The notes: a model not told the origin generated them from the letters alone. Numbered from the stretch's first letter, positions 23,265 through 36,990 are shown. The stretch: 64,000 nt of DNA from Macrostomum lignano (GCA_002269645.1 NIVC01001076.1:65591-129590); one strand, 5' to 3'. Made by a program: numbers and translations.

Positions 23265-24855
23265 TACGAGTAACTAATCCCACAAGTTCTCCACCCCAAC
23301 CTTTTGCAGCCTTTTTGCTTTTTTCTTTTCATCTTCCTCATCAGTCAGTTTGTATTCTCTGCTGCGTTAGCTTAGCACGAAGAATTGAATTAATGATGCA
23401 AGATCGCTACTTTCTGGAACGGGGTTCTCTTTAACTCCCTCTCTCTTTATCCCTGCTGCGGACTAACAATTATGAGCTATTAATGGACTGGGTGGCTGCC
23501 GAAGTCTTCGGCCTGGAATTTCAAGTCACTACACCCCGAGCTGTCTTTTTGCTTGATAATTAGGCCAACATGCAGAGACCTTGCCCACATGGCAAAGATT
23601 CAAGAGACGAGAATAACCGAGCACTTTGAGTTTTGAGTCGCTAGAACGCGACTAGCATGCAGCTATATGAGGCGATATCTGCAAATACATTCTGGTCACG
23701 CACCTTGTCTCATTCGATCAGTTTAATTTGACCTGACGACGTGTGAAACATCCTCAAAATCAGTGTTTTCGTCACGCCTGTGCAAGACTCGGGGAGGCTA
23801 TAGGACGTATCATTTTGAAGAGGTGTTGGCTAAGCATGTAGCACGCGCGGGACCGATTGCTACGGTTGCTAGCCGTTTCGGTCTACGGTCGTATACTTTA
23901 TTAATAGTCCAAGCTTGTAAAATGCTGCATAGATAACGTGATGTAACTGCTAGCTTAACATGTTATATTACGAATAATTATCTAATATACTTAGATAATA
24001 TTTTTGTGTGTACACTACTACAATTAGGCCCGTAAAAGCCTAGGGTCGCGGCAGTCTTCTTTTTACTTTGTTTGATCTTTGTAAAGATGACTGGCCCACT
24101 TATGTTTGCCTAGCTTCTATTTTAGAAAACTTAAATCAAGTTGCGCAACTGCATGATATTTTTGTTTAGATCAATACCTGTTTTTCAACACTCATCTCAC
24201 CACTCACTATAAACCGTTATATAGCATGTAATGGAGGCCACAGCTTCTTTTATACGCGGATTTTGCAAGACTTCAACACAAAAGCTCACAGCTCTTCGCG
24301 TGTTGGTCCAAAGTACCTCTAATAAAAAATTGACATCTATGCTCAAATATGGAAAGTTTTACTAACTCAAGGCTTTCTTTAACGCAGTTTTCTAAAGCTA
24401 AATATAATGTAGGAAATTTTCGAGTACACGAGTCTACATATAAATGAGCTGTTAGAAAGAACATTTTTCATGCTGAAATGATGCTGGAATGTAAACTTTC
24501 ATGGAGGCTCATTTGAGGCAAAAATTGTATGGAATTAAAGGTGCAAAAGTTTTGAAAAGTTTAAAATTTACAACCCCTATTTTTTAATTCCCAGGAAAAA
24601 ATCTGGCGCAAATCATGCGTTCTGCGTGCATTTTTTATTTTAGAGGGATGCGCAGATTATTGGGATTTTGAAAGGATTCAGCACGACAAGGTTTTGATGC
24701 TATGGTAGTTAAACTCTGCAGAAATGCTAAGACTACCCCTTTTCCTATTATTTTAACTCTCCTTTCATTCCATCCAGCTTCTACAGATAGTGTGCGGTAG
24801 CAGTTGCTGCCAGAATCCTCAAGTGAAGCAGAGTTGGCCGCGGGTAGCTCCATTT

Positions 24856-25010
24856 CTCCCTGCTGTGATGGGGCAGCAGTTCTGAGCTCTGCAGTTCTCC
24901 CTGCTGTGATGGGGCAGCAGTTCTGAGCTCTGCAGTTCTCCCTGCTGTGATGGGGCAGCAGTTCTGAGCTTTGCAGTTCTCCCTGCTGTGATGGAGAAGC
25001 AGCTCTCAGC
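24856..25010. repeat. 41-bp minisatellite, ~3.5 copies
   Basis: ctccctgctgtgatggggcagcagttctgagctctgcagtt repeated. Confidence 0.9.
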
Positions 25011-26096
25011 TGCTACTACTGTCTTTCTGAGCAGCTGTTTCAACACATTACCTGTAAACATTTTATAATGCCAAAGGTGCCATCTGCCTGTAGATTACAG
25101 GCTGATGAATGAGAAATCTATTAGAACAAATTTAGTGTATTGTCAAGAAGTTAATAGTCATTCCAGCTAATCATACTGCTCCGTCTCAAGCAGTCCTGAA
25201 CTACTGTCAATCATTGATCAGCCTTGATCAAGTGCGTTAATTCAGCCAAACAAATTGGCCTAGTAGGCCTTTCAATCATGATTTTCAATGATCATGGAAA
25301 GATTTTCATTGTGCAGCGCATGGTATGTGAGGCTGGGCCATTGTGCTGCTTCCGTTACCACGTGTCCTACACACAGATGCAGCTTCCTACGAAGTATGTT
25401 GCCTTGCTCACAATGCTTAATTGTAATTAAAATTAATTCAATTATTAATTAGACACTAAGAATTCTTCTGTAAGTCAATAAAACTGTCAGAATGAAAATT
25501 GTTTTGCGAATTTAAAGTAACCAAGATTATAAATTAATCCATTGCAAATTTGTCAAACCAAGACTGGCTATACAGTCCTTGGATATTCTTATTCCTTCGG
25601 GGAGATCAAATTGTTCAAGAGATCGGAACGACAGCATGCCGGTCACAGCACTGAAAGACAGAAAGTACAAATTTATTTCAGTTAGTAAGGATTGAAAATC
25701 GATCTTATGGCCGATAAGAATCCTTGCCAGACTGTTGTAGGGCTATCGTTTCTTCACGCTGGTCTGGTCAAAGTGATGAGACTTTTTATGCCATATTAGA
25801 AGACTTGCATATCCGTATTCTCAAGAGCTTCGACCAGTTCCTTTATTGATTTCGAATAACTTGAAGCCTGCAGTCTTCAATCCTGCAGGCCTGCGATGCA
25901 GTATATTTTATTAAATATTATGGAGAAACTGCTTACCGTCAAGGCTATAAAGCCTATTTGATGGATGAGGGGGTGCCGCACAATTTATCAGCTCTTTGAG
26001 CATTCAATTCCGAAAGCAAGTGAGCATTATCTTGAGCATTTAACTCAGTTCAGTGATGCTGCATTCTGTGCACTATGCAGGAGCCACTGCCACATA

Positions 26097-27054
26097 AATC
26101 AGCAGGTGTCAGATAGAATCAGCAGATGTCAGATAGAATCAGCAGGTGTCGGATAGAATCAGCAGGTGTCAGATAGAATCAGCAGGTGTCGGATAGAATC
26201 AGCAGGTGTCGGATAGAATCAGCAGGTGTCAGATAGAATCAGCAGGTGTCAGATAGAATCAGCAGGTGTCAGATAGAATCAGCAGGTGTCGGATAGAATC
26301 AGCAGGTGTCAGATAGAATCAGCAGGTGTCAGATAGAATCAGCAGGTGTCAGATAGAATCAGCAGATGTCAGATAGAATCAGCAGGTGTCAGATAGAATC
26401 AGCAGATGTCAGATAGAATCAGCAGGTGTCGGATAGAATCAGCAGGTGTCAGATAGAATCAGCAGGTGTCAGATAGAATCAGCAGATGTCAGATAGAATC
26501 AGCAGATGTCAGATAGAATCAGCAGGTGTCGGATAGAATCAGCAGGTGTCAGATAGAATCAGCAGGTGTCGGATAGAATCAGCAGGTGTCGGATAGAATC
26601 AGCAGGTGTCAGATAGAATCAGCAGGTGTCGGATAGAATCAGCAGGTGTCAGATAGAATCAGCAGGTGTCGGATAGAATCAGCAGGTGTCGGATAGAATC
26701 AGCAGGTGTCGGATAGAATCAGCAGGTGTCAGATAGAATCAGCAGGTGTCGGATAGAATCAGCAGGTGTCGGATAGAATCAGCAGGTGTCAGATAGAATC
26801 AGCAGGTGTCGGATAGAATCAGCAGGTGTCAGATAGAATCAGCAGGTGTCAGATAGAATCAGCAGGTGTCGGATAGAATCAGCAGGTGTCAGATATATAT
26901 AGAATCAGCAGGTGTCAGATATATATAGAATCAGCAGGTGTCAGATAGAATCAGCAGGTGTCAGATAGAATCAGCAGGTGTCAGATAGAATCAGCAGGTG
27001 TCAGATAGAATCAGCAGGTGTCGGATAGAATTAGCAGGTGTCGGATAGAATCAG
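26097..27054. repeat. Homogeneous 20-bp minisatellite AGCAGGTGTC(A/G)GATAGAATC, ~47 copies
   Basis: Exact 20-bp period visible in the columns; two units carry an ATATAT insertion. Confidence 0.98.
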
Positions 27055-27393
27055 AAAGAGGAAAAGTGCCGTTTGTGCGAGAAAGAAGCATCTGGATTCA
27101 GCGATGGAGCCTAGATGAGCTTTCTGCTTTAATAACTGTGCTCATAAAAGTAGCCCTCCAAATGACATGCTTCACCAGAAAATGATAAGCCAGAGTGAAG
27201 TCAGGCAATCTGAGTTCGTGTTTTCCGTTGATTGGCCTGAGCCTATCGTCGAATCTCGATGGGGATTGGGGGAGGAGGATTCGAACTCGGCAGCTTTATT
27301 GAGTAGCTGAACCCCAGATCCTCCTCAGACTCGACTATACTCCAGAGAACTGCTCCAGAAACATTTATATCTATCTCAAAATTTGCAATAAAA

Positions 27394-27598
27394 ATGGTTT
27401 GCAAAGCAATCTTCTGCCTGGCCTTTGCTGCCCTTTGCATTGCCGTCGTGGCCCCGGCTGCCGTCGACGCCGCCGCTGCAGGCGACACCGGCGACTTCCA
27501 ACTGGGCGGCCTGGACCGCCGATCTTACGACGATCAGGAGATTCAGGCCCTGTTTGAGCAGTTCTCCAACGCTGAGCGGCTGCGCAAGAGGAAGGCCA
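27394..27598 (+). CDS. Secreted peptide prohormone (neuropeptide precursor) candidate, exon 1
   Basis: A-rich Kozak aaaaATG; signal peptide MVCKAIFCLAFAALCIAVVAPAAVDA; basic cleavage sites DRR and RKRK flank SYDDQEIQALFEQFSNAERL; consensus donor GCCA|GTGAGT at 27599 (phase 1). If unspliced, the ORF ends at 27642. Confidence 0.72.
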
Positions 27599-27728
27599 GT
27601 GAGTTTGGTCTAGCGATTGTTCATGCTGAGGGTAACAGATGAAGATACAGGCATTTCTATAGCGGCATTTCCAGCCACCTTTCAGCGGCCTTTCCGGCGA
27701 GTTTCAGCGGCCTTTTTAGCGCCCTGTT

Positions 27729-28569
27729 AAGGGGCGTCGCCATCGATTTTATGGTGGGGGGACAAAGCTAAGAATGCAACACGTACATGACCAAATTCCT
27801 AAATTTTCATTATTTTGAGAACCGTGTTGTCAGTGCTCATTTTGGCACCGCACATTTTGGCGCCGCAGGCACTCATCTTAGAGCCGCAGGCACTCATTTT
27901 AGCGCCGCAGGCACTCATTTTGGCGCCGCAGGCACTCATTTTAGAGCCGCAGGCACTCAATTTGGCGCCGCAGGCATTCCTTTTTGGCGCCGCAGGCACT
28001 CATTTTAGCGCCGCAGGCACTCATTTTAGAACCGCAGGCACTAGCTCATTTTGGCGCCGCAGGCATTCCTTTTTGGCGCCGCAGGCACTCATTTTAGAAC
28101 CACAGGCACTCATTTTGGCGCTGCAGGCATTTTTTTTTGGCGCAGCAGGCACTCATTTTGGCGCTGCAGGCACTCAGTTTGGCGCCGAAGGCACTCATTT
28201 TAGAGCCGCAGGCACTCATTTTAGAGCCGCAGGCACTCATTTTTGAGCCGCAGGCACTCATTTTTGAGCCGCAGGCACTCATTTTAGAGCCGCAGGCACT
28301 CATTTTTGAGCCGCAGGCACTCATTTTAGAGCCGCAGGCACTCATTTTAGAGCCGCAGGCACTCATTTTAGAGCCGCAGGCACTCATTTTAGAGCCGCAG
28401 GCACTCATTTTAGAGCCGCAGGCACTCATTTTGCGCCGAAAGCGCTATATTTTGGCGCCCTGAAGAAACATTATTGTCATAAGAAGTCATAAGGTGGGGT
28501 GGGGGGACAAAGCACTGGCATGTCCCCCATAGCCCACATGTCCCCTGTCCCCCGGTGGCGACGCGCCTG
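27729..28569. mobile_element. hAT-like non-autonomous element (MITE) with an internal 21-bp minisatellite expansion
   Basis: 8-bp TSD GCCCTGTT (27721-27728 and 28570-28577); 14-bp TIRs AAGGGGCGTCGCCA / rc CAGGCGCGTCGCCA; direct sub-terminal motif GGTGGGGGGACAAAGC near both ends; ~30 units of GGCGCCGCAGGCACTCATTTT / AGAGCCGCAGGCACTCATTTT at 27830-28460. Confidence 0.85.
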
Positions 28570-28789
28570 GCCCTGTTGTAAAGCAACCAAAATGCTAAAC
28601 TGGGTGGTCCAAACTCGAATCCCTGAGCTTCACTTTAAGATAAAAAGCATGGCCCAAGTTGGGAAAATATTTATAGTGAAGAATGAGTCTGGCGAGACTC
28701 AATCTGGTCAGTGGAAAACTCAAACCGGACATTCCGCTGCCAGCTGCCAGACCTGCTCGACTCTTCTCGCTCTCTCGTGCATTCATCAG

Positions 28790-28866
28790 TGATTGATATC
28801 GTTCTTGAGATGCCAGCGCGGGAGGAACTGGCTGCACTTGGATGGGGAGAGTGGAAATTCGACTGA
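28790..28866 (+). CDS. Probable exon 2 of the prohormone gene
   Basis: Long pyrimidine tract ctcttctcgctctctcgtgcattcatcag|. Only phase 1 is open here, matching the exon 1 donor, giving ...RKRKA-MIDIVLEMPAREELAALGWGEWKFD* (93-aa precursor). Confidence 0.5.
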
Positions 28867-29078
28867 AAAATTCACGTCTCGGATCTCTTCGACTGCCATC
28901 TGCTGCGGCAGGAACGGCCGCGGGGGAGCCGAGGCGAATCTCGGTGATCGAAGCCCGGACACCCCCCCCCCCAGCCCCTACTCATCGCATTCTGGACGGC
29001 TCAGTGGGCACTCAAAATTCTTTGCGCTAATCGCCTGAGCTGCTTTGAATTTTAATCCCAGGATCAGCGGAACAGATA

Positions 29079-29407
<329 letters not shown>

Positions 29408-30213
29408 CCTAAAACAGCTCCTCCTATCTATCTCCTATTCGTTTGAATGAATAAGCGAAACCTCCCATGAGTGAAATCGATTGCGGTTGGACATCCCCAG
29501 GGGCTCCGGTTTCGGAGACAGTCGATGCTATGCGACCAGCCTTGTAACTGTAATTTCATTATTTGCATCCATCTGCCACCACCTCCTGTCCACCGACATG
29601 GCTGCCAGCAGGAGCTGGGAGGGTGTAAATTGCATTAACAGCTTCATCAAGGCTCTGTAATATGTGCAGCAGCAGCCGGATGTACTGAGCAATAGGCGCC
29701 TCCAAGGTGTTATTAGCGCTCGAAACAATATTGGTTGCTATGATCCACGCTTTGCTTTTATCCCCGTCCGCCAGGATTCGGCAGTCGGGTGTTCACGCTC
29801 GGCTGACGAGGCCGGAGAAGAGGATCAGCGGCGCAGCGAACCCGACTGAGTCTGTTCTCCTCTGCGTCTGTAACTACATTATCCCCAAAGCGGAACAAGT
29901 GGGAGAGTGCAAGACCGTACAACTTCTCTCTCTGTGTGTCTGAAAAGATGGAAAAATCATATTCTTTTCTTTTGATAAATACTGACCACAATTCTGTCGG
30001 GATAATAAATTAAAATATCTTAGCAAGTCTTGCGCTGAACTTGCGCTTTTTGGTATCAGTCTTATTTATTTTTTTAAAGCATTTCCTGCTGAAGTTGATC
30101 GAGCTATGTGAAAATTGAAGCATGAACTTATAGCAAAAACATTGTCCCCAGTAAACTATGCAAGCAAGCAGGCTTCAGAAATGACTAAAATATTGATATC
30201 TCTTGCTACAAAC

Positions 30214-30214
<1 letters not shown>

Positions 30215-30246
<32 letters not shown>

Positions 30247-30247
30247 G

Positions 30248-30282
<35 letters not shown>

Positions 30283-30283
30283 G

Positions 30284-30344
<61 letters not shown>

Positions 30345-30425
30345 GTAAGTAACTAACTAACTGATTAACTAACTAACTAATTAACTAAGTAGCTAGCTAG
30401 CTAACTAACTAACTAACTAATAAAT

Positions 30426-30468
<43 letters not shown>

Positions 30469-30488
30469 TTAACTAACTAAGTAGCTAG

Positions 30489-30543
<55 letters not shown>

Positions 30544-30572
30544 GCTAACTAGCTAACTAACTAACTAAATAC
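30215..30572. repeat. (AACT)n microsatellite
   Basis: Interrupted AACT/AGCT/GACT units. Confidence 0.97.
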
Positions 30573-31399
30573 CAGGTAACTAACTAGCTAAGAACTACAA
30601 AAAAAAACAATCTAATTAACTAGTTTGCGATTACCTAACTTAGCATCAAGCTTCTGAAAAAGTTTGTGAATAAAAAATCGATACAAAATTGAACTGAGAG
30701 TTACTGAAATAGCTCGTATTGAAGCTGGGAGGTGCTGAAAAAAACAACGAACAATATGAAGGCTATTTCTCTTTTCCTTACAGGCCTCAATATTTTCGCC
30801 TTATCTGGACAATCTGTGAATGGCTAAATTCATGATTTAGAACGCTATTAAATGATCAACTCCCCAGCGAAATCGCGGCGCTCTGGGATCTCATATTTGC
30901 GGCTAAGACAGCGTCACTCACTGCTGAGAGCACTCTGAGCACTCTCACTCAAGGAGACAATTTAACAAAGTGGGTGGTCCCGTGTGGAAAAAAACAACTG
31001 GCCACGATCCTTCCAATGTTTGCCTTCCAAAAAGCCGAGTGCTCGATGCACCCGCCAGCCAGCCATGTGTAATAGGAGAAAGCTGTTTGAGAAGGGTTGT
31101 TTGGGGCAAAAAAGATCGCATGCAAAATTGATGCACTCCAAGCAGTCCTTGGGGCATGGCTGAGTAAACACAAAAAATTCACCAATCTGTGGCTCCAACA
31201 GCACTGCATGATTTATCATTTCGGCTTGTGTTTTCTGACGAACTGTAGCTTGAACTCTTGCTGGCAATCTTTAATATGCCAGATTCGATGGGAAGATTGA
31301 CAGATTCTTAGAAAATGAGCAACATTCTAAGAAATTGAGCACGATTCTCATATAAAGTTAGATTTAAATAAAATAAACCTATTTTTTTAGAAAAAAGCT

Positions 31400-31885
31400 G
31401 GATTCTTAGAAAAGCTGTCAGATTCTTGGAAAACGAGAAAGATGGATTGTCAGAAAAGCCGTCGGATTCTTGGAAAACGAGAAAGATGGATTGTCAGAAA
31501 AGCCGTCGGATTCTTGGAAAACGAGAAAGATGGATTGTCAGAAAAGCCGTCGGATTCTTGGAAAACGAGAAAGATGGATTGTCAGAAAAGCCGTCGGATT
31601 CTTGGAAAATTAGACAGCTGAATTCTTAGAAAAGCCGTCGGATTCTTGGAAAAGGATAAAGATGGATTGTCAGAAAAGCCGTCGGATTCTTGGAAAATTA
31701 GACAGCTGAGTTCTTAGAAAAGCCGTCAGATTCTTGGAAAACGAGAAAGATGGATTGTCAGAAAAGCCGTCGGATTCTTGGAAAATTAGACAGCTGAATT
31801 CTTAGAAAAGCCGTCGGATTCTTGGAAAAGGATAAAGATGGATTATTAGAAAAGACATCGGATTCTTGGAAAAGGAGAAAGCTAG
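31400..31885. repeat. ~44-bp compound minisatellite GAAAAGCCGTCGGATTCTTGGAAAA-(CGAGAAAGATGGATTGTCA or TTAGACAGCTGAATTCTTA)
   Basis: About 10 alternating units. Confidence 0.9.
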
Positions 31886-32218
31886 ATTCTCCAGCTCGGG
31901 ACACTCGTCAGCAGTTTGTTAATGTAAGAATGTCAAAAAGCAAGTATAAAAGTGCAGACAAGGAAAGGACAGCCGCCGCTTAAAATTGAAGCCTAGAAAA
32001 GCAGAAATCCTCTCTACACAGATCTTTCTTCTTTTCTCTTTAACACCATTCTGTTTTCGTGTATAATACTGCTGCACCAGGCCTGACCTAAAAAAACACT
32101 TTCTACACCTTCACCAGGCCCGCCTGTGGTGCTTTTTTTCAAACGAAGCGCAATAAGAAAGTTGCCGCTTGCTTGCTTGCTTTAGCCACCCTGCGCACCG
32201 ACATGGGCACGGAGGGCC

Positions 32219-32620
32219 TTCAGTAGAATGGTTCTCAGATGATAATCCGCTTTCAGTAGAATGATTCTCAGATGATAATCCGCTTTCAGTAGAATGATTC
32301 TCGATCAGATGATAATCCGCTTCAGTAGAATGATTCTCAGATGATAATCCGCTTTCAGTAGAGTGATTCTCAGATGATGATCCGCTTCAGCAGAATGATT
32401 CTCAGATGATAATCTGCTTCAGCAAAATGATTCTCTGATCATAATCCGCTTCAGTAGAATGATTCTCAGATGATAATCCGCTTTCAGTAGAATGATTCTC
32501 TGATGATAATCCGCTTCAGCAGAATGATTCTCTGATGACAATCCGCTTCAGCAGAATGATTCTCTGATGACAATCCGCTTCAGCAGAATGACTGCCAGGG
32601 GATGATCCGCTTCAACAGAA
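32219..32620. repeat. ~32-33-bp minisatellite TTCAGTAGAATGATTCTCAGATGATAATCCGC
   Basis: About 12 units. Confidence 0.92.
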
Positions 32621-33905
32621 ACTTCCTCAGAGAATTAAATAAATAATTATAGAATAACCCATATTAATAAGACTGTTTTACAAGAAAGCTTCGATCCCTA
32701 ATAAATAAGACAAACTTAAAGCAGAAATCAGTTAAACAAATATAATTTCCAGGAGAAAAAAAAATTACGAGTAAATAACACAAGAGTTGTGTAATGCAAG
32801 CCTTGGCGACAATGTTTATTAAACAAGCAACTTTACCTATACTCTACATAGCAGCCAAAAGGTCAACTTTGCAAACCAAAACGATTGGTATAAATAATAA
32901 TTATAATAAACTAACTCCACCTACTATAAGTAAATAGCCTAATTCGACAAAGCAATCTATCTTAGCATAAAAAACTGGTTAATATAAGCTTTAAGAATTT
33001 ACATCTAAATCTAGTAAAATTAAGAAAAATGATGACAATATCGCTGTCTGTAATCGTAGATTATTAATTTGTTTCTATGCAAAAATAAGTAATGGAAGCG
33101 CAATGAGACAATATTTCGCTATATTTGTGACGCATCATAAATTCATAGTGTTAGTAGTAACATTTAGGTATGTAATTGGATTGTGTGCTTTTTGGCAATA
33201 GAAAAATTCCAAATTAATACGAGCGCATAACATACTACTTTAAGCCGGTCCCTGAAGTAGAAAAAAACGATTTTTTGCCTTAAAAAGCATTAATGCCACA
33301 GTTAATACACTTTTTGACTACTACAAGTAGAATCGTTGAAATCTGAAAGGAAAATTTAGACTCAATTTATAGTATAATATAAAAATCTCAGCAGGTGTTT
33401 GTGGCAAGTTACTATGCAAAGTTATTAAGTTAGACCTGGCTGATAATTAGAATTGATGCTTGATTCTTATCTTATCTTAACTGCCATCCAAATTCTCGAC
33501 TCTGACAGCAGCCATCAGCCTTTACTCGTGACAATAGAAACCAGAGATGTGAGATGTGACACGAGATCTTCACCGAGATGCGGCAGGAAAACACGGCAGC
33601 TAAAATGGCTTTCTAATTGCCAATTTTCTCGTAAATCAGCTGCAGAAAAAGTCTAATGCTTCATATTTCACTGGACTTCAGCTAGGCAATCCAGCTGCAA
33701 AATGAATAAAAAATGTGGCCAAAAAACCTACTTGCCTGATAGAGCTTAAGGCGCAAAATAATGGGGCTGCACAGTGCAAAGAGAACTACTATAACCGCAG
33801 ACTTGAAACACACAGAAACAAGACAGAATTTCTTAGATAGAAAAAAGCAGCTGAGCTAAACTCTGGCTAGGATGCAGGACTGCTCAAGTGAGCTTTAAAG
33901 TTCAT

Positions 33906-34171
33906 TCAACCAGAGTTGGCTGCGGGGCCGAACACCTCCTGGTAGACGCCGGCCCCGTACTGGTTCAACCGCTGCGGATCTGGTGCCGGATGGCCCACAG
34001 GGTTGAAGGCGGCGCTGAAATCTGGGAAGCCATCTGGCAGACCGGAGGTTGAACACGAGGCCGACAGTCGCTCTACGATGCTGTCAATCATTGCCTCGTT
34101 CTGCTTGTGCACACCGTCAACGCTTTGCAATGCGTCGAATACTGCTGACAGATCCATGATGCGGCTGAGCG
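33906..34171 (-). CDS. Nuclear receptor exon 7 (LBD helices 10-12, stop codon)
   Basis: Branch point/Py tract/AG cactcacacccccatcttcgcag| (phase 1) then ALSRIMDLSAVFDALQSVDGVHKQNEAMID...GAGVYQEVFGPAANSG*; YQEVF is AF-2-like. An in-frame alternative AG lies 24 nt upstream (exon start 34195). Confidence 0.8.
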
Positions 34172-34195
34172 CTGCGAAGATGGGGGTGTGAGTGC

Positions 34196-36660
34196 CTGTC
34201 TGTCTGTCTGTCTGATCTGCCTGCCTGTCTGTCTGATCTGCCTGCCTGTCTGTCTGATCTGCCTGTCTGTCTGTCTGATCTGCCTGTCTGGTTTGTCTAA
34301 TCTGCCTGTCTAATCTGCCTGTCTGATCTGCCTGCCTGTCTGTCTGTCTGATCTGCCTGTCTGTCTGTCTGATCTGCCTGTCTGTCTGTCTGATCTGCCT
34401 GTCTGTCTGTCTGATATGCCTGCCTGTCTGTCTGTCTGATCTGCCTGCCTGTCTGTCTGTCTGTCTGATCTGCCTGTCTGTCTGTCTGATCTGCCTGTCT
34501 GTCTGTCTGATCTGCCTGCCTGTCTGTCTGTCTGATCTGCCTGCCTGTCTGTCTGTCTGATCTGCCTGCCTGTCTGTCTGATCTGCCTGTCTGTCTGTCT
34601 GATCTGCCTGCCTGTCTGTCTGTCTGATCTGCCTGTCTGTCTGTCTGATCTGCCTGTCTGTCTGTCTGATCTGCCTGTCTGTCTGTCTGATCTGCCTGTC
34701 TAATCTGCCTGTCTGATCTGTCTGTCTGTCTGTCTGATCTGCCTGTCTGTCTGTCTGATCTGCCTGCCTGTCTGTCTGTCTGATCTGCCTGTCTGTCTGT
34801 CTGATCTGCCTGTCTGTCTGTCTGATCTGCCTGCCTGTCTGTCTGTCTGATCTGCCTGCCTGTCTGTCTGTCTGATCTGCCTGCCTGTCTGTCTGTCTGA
34901 TCTGCCTGCCTGTCTGTCTGTCTGATCTGCCTGTCTGTCTGTCTGATCTGCCTGCCTGTCTGTCTGTCTGATCTGCCTGTCTGTCTGTCTGATCTGCCTG
35001 TCTGTCTGTCTGATCTGCCTGCCTGTCTGTCTGATCTGCCTGTCTGTCTGTCTGATCTGCCTGTCTAATCTGCCTGTCTGATCTGCCTGCCTGTCTGTCT
35101 GATCTGCCTGTCTGTCTGTCTGATCTGCCTGTCTGTCTGTCTGATCTGCCTGTCTAATCTGCCTGTCTGATCTGCCTGTCTGATCTGCCTGTCTGATCTG
35201 CCTGTCTGTCTGTCTGATCTGCCTGTCTGGTTTGTCTAATCTGCCTGTCTAATCTGCCTGTCTGATCTGCCTGCCTGTCTGTCTGTCTGATCTGCCTGTC
35301 TGTCTGTCTGATCTGCCTGTCTGTCTGTCTGATCTGCCTGCCTGTCTGTCTGATCTGCCTGTCTGTCTGTCTGATCTGCCTGTCTAATCTGCCTGTCTGA
35401 TCTGTCTGTCTGTCTGATCTGCCTGCCTGTCTGTCTGATCTGCCTGTCTGTCTGTCTGATCTGCCTGTCTGGTTTGTCTAATCTGCCTGTCTAATCTGCC
35501 TGTCTGATCTGCCTGCCTGTCTGTCTGTCTGATCTGCCTGTCTGTCTGTCTGATCTGCCTGTCTGTCTGTCTGATCTGCCTGTCTGTCTGTCTGATATGC
35601 CTGCCTGTCTGTCTGTCTGATCTGCCTGCCTGTCTGTCTGTCTGTCTGATCTGCCTGTCTGTCTGTCTGATCTGCCTGTCTGTCTGTCTGATCTGCCTGC
35701 CTGTCTGTCTGTCTGATCTGCCTGCCTGTCTGTCTGATCTGCCTGTCTGTCTGTCTGATCTGCCTGCCTGTCTGTCTGTCTGATCTGCCTGTCTGTCTGT
35801 CTGATCTGCCTGTCTGTCTGTCTGATCTGCCTGCCTGTCTGTCTGATCTGCCTGCCTGTCTGTCTGTCTGATCTGCCTGCCTGTCTGTCTGTCTGATCTG
35901 CCTGTCTGTCTGTCTGATCTGCCTGTCTGTCTGTCTGATCTGCCTGCCTGTCTGTCTGTCTGATCTGCCTGTCTGTCTGTCTGATCTGCCTGTCTGTCTG
36001 TCTGATCTGCCTGCCTGTCTGTCTGTCTGATCTGCCTGCCTGTCTGTCTGTCTGATCTGCCTGCCTGTCTGTCTGTCTGATCTGCCTGCCTGTCTGTCTG
36101 TCTGATCTGCCTGTCTGTCTGTCTGATCTGCCTGCCTGTCTGTCTGTCTGATCTGCCTGTCTGTCTGTCTGATCTGCCTGTCTGTCTGTCTGATCTGCCT
36201 GCCTGTCTGTCTGATCTGCCTGTCTGTCTGTCTGATCTGCCTGTCTAATCTGCCTGTCTGATCTGCCTGCCTGTCTGTCTGATCTGCCTGTCTGTCTGTC
36301 TGATCTGCCTGTCTGTCTGTCTGATCTGCCTGTCTAATCTGCCTGTCTGATCTGCCTGTCTGATCTGCCTGTCTGATCTGCCTGTCTGTCTGTCTGATCT
36401 GCCTGTCTGGTTTGTCTAATCTGCCTGTCTAATCTGCCTGTCTGATCTGCCTGCCTGTCTGTCTGTCTGATCTGCCTGTCTGTCTGTCTGATCTGCCTGT
36501 CTGTCTGTCTGATCTGCCTGCCTGTCTGTCTGATCTGCCTGTCTGTCTGTCTGATCTGCCTGTCTAATCTGCCTGTCTGATCTGTCTGTCTGTCTGATCT
36601 GCTTGTCTGTCTGTCTGATCTGCCTGTCTGATCTGCCTGCGTCTGTCTGATCTGCCTGCC

Positions 36661-36745
<85 letters not shown>

Positions 36746-36871
36746 GATCTGCCTCTGTCTGTCTGTCTGCCTGTCTAATCTGCCTGTCTGATCTGCCTGT
36801 CTGTCTGATCTGCTTGTCTGTCTGTCTGATCTGCCTGTCTGATCTGCCTGCGTCTGTCTGATCTGCCTGCC

Positions 36872-36936
<65 letters not shown>

Positions 36937-36990
36937 GATCTGCCTCTGTCTGTCTGTCTGCCTGTCTGATCTGCCTGTCTGATCTGTCTG
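34196..36990. repeat. 2.8-kb compound microsatellite (TGTC/TGCC/TGATC) filling NR intron 6
   Basis: Direct observation; contains long internal duplications. Confidence 0.99.

Noticed and set aside
29500-31300. GC-richer, protein-looking stretches flanking the (AACT)n array
   Set aside because: All frames on both strands are interrupted by stops or frameshifts and the strand cannot be decided. It may be a decayed gene or TE, but I cannot support a call.
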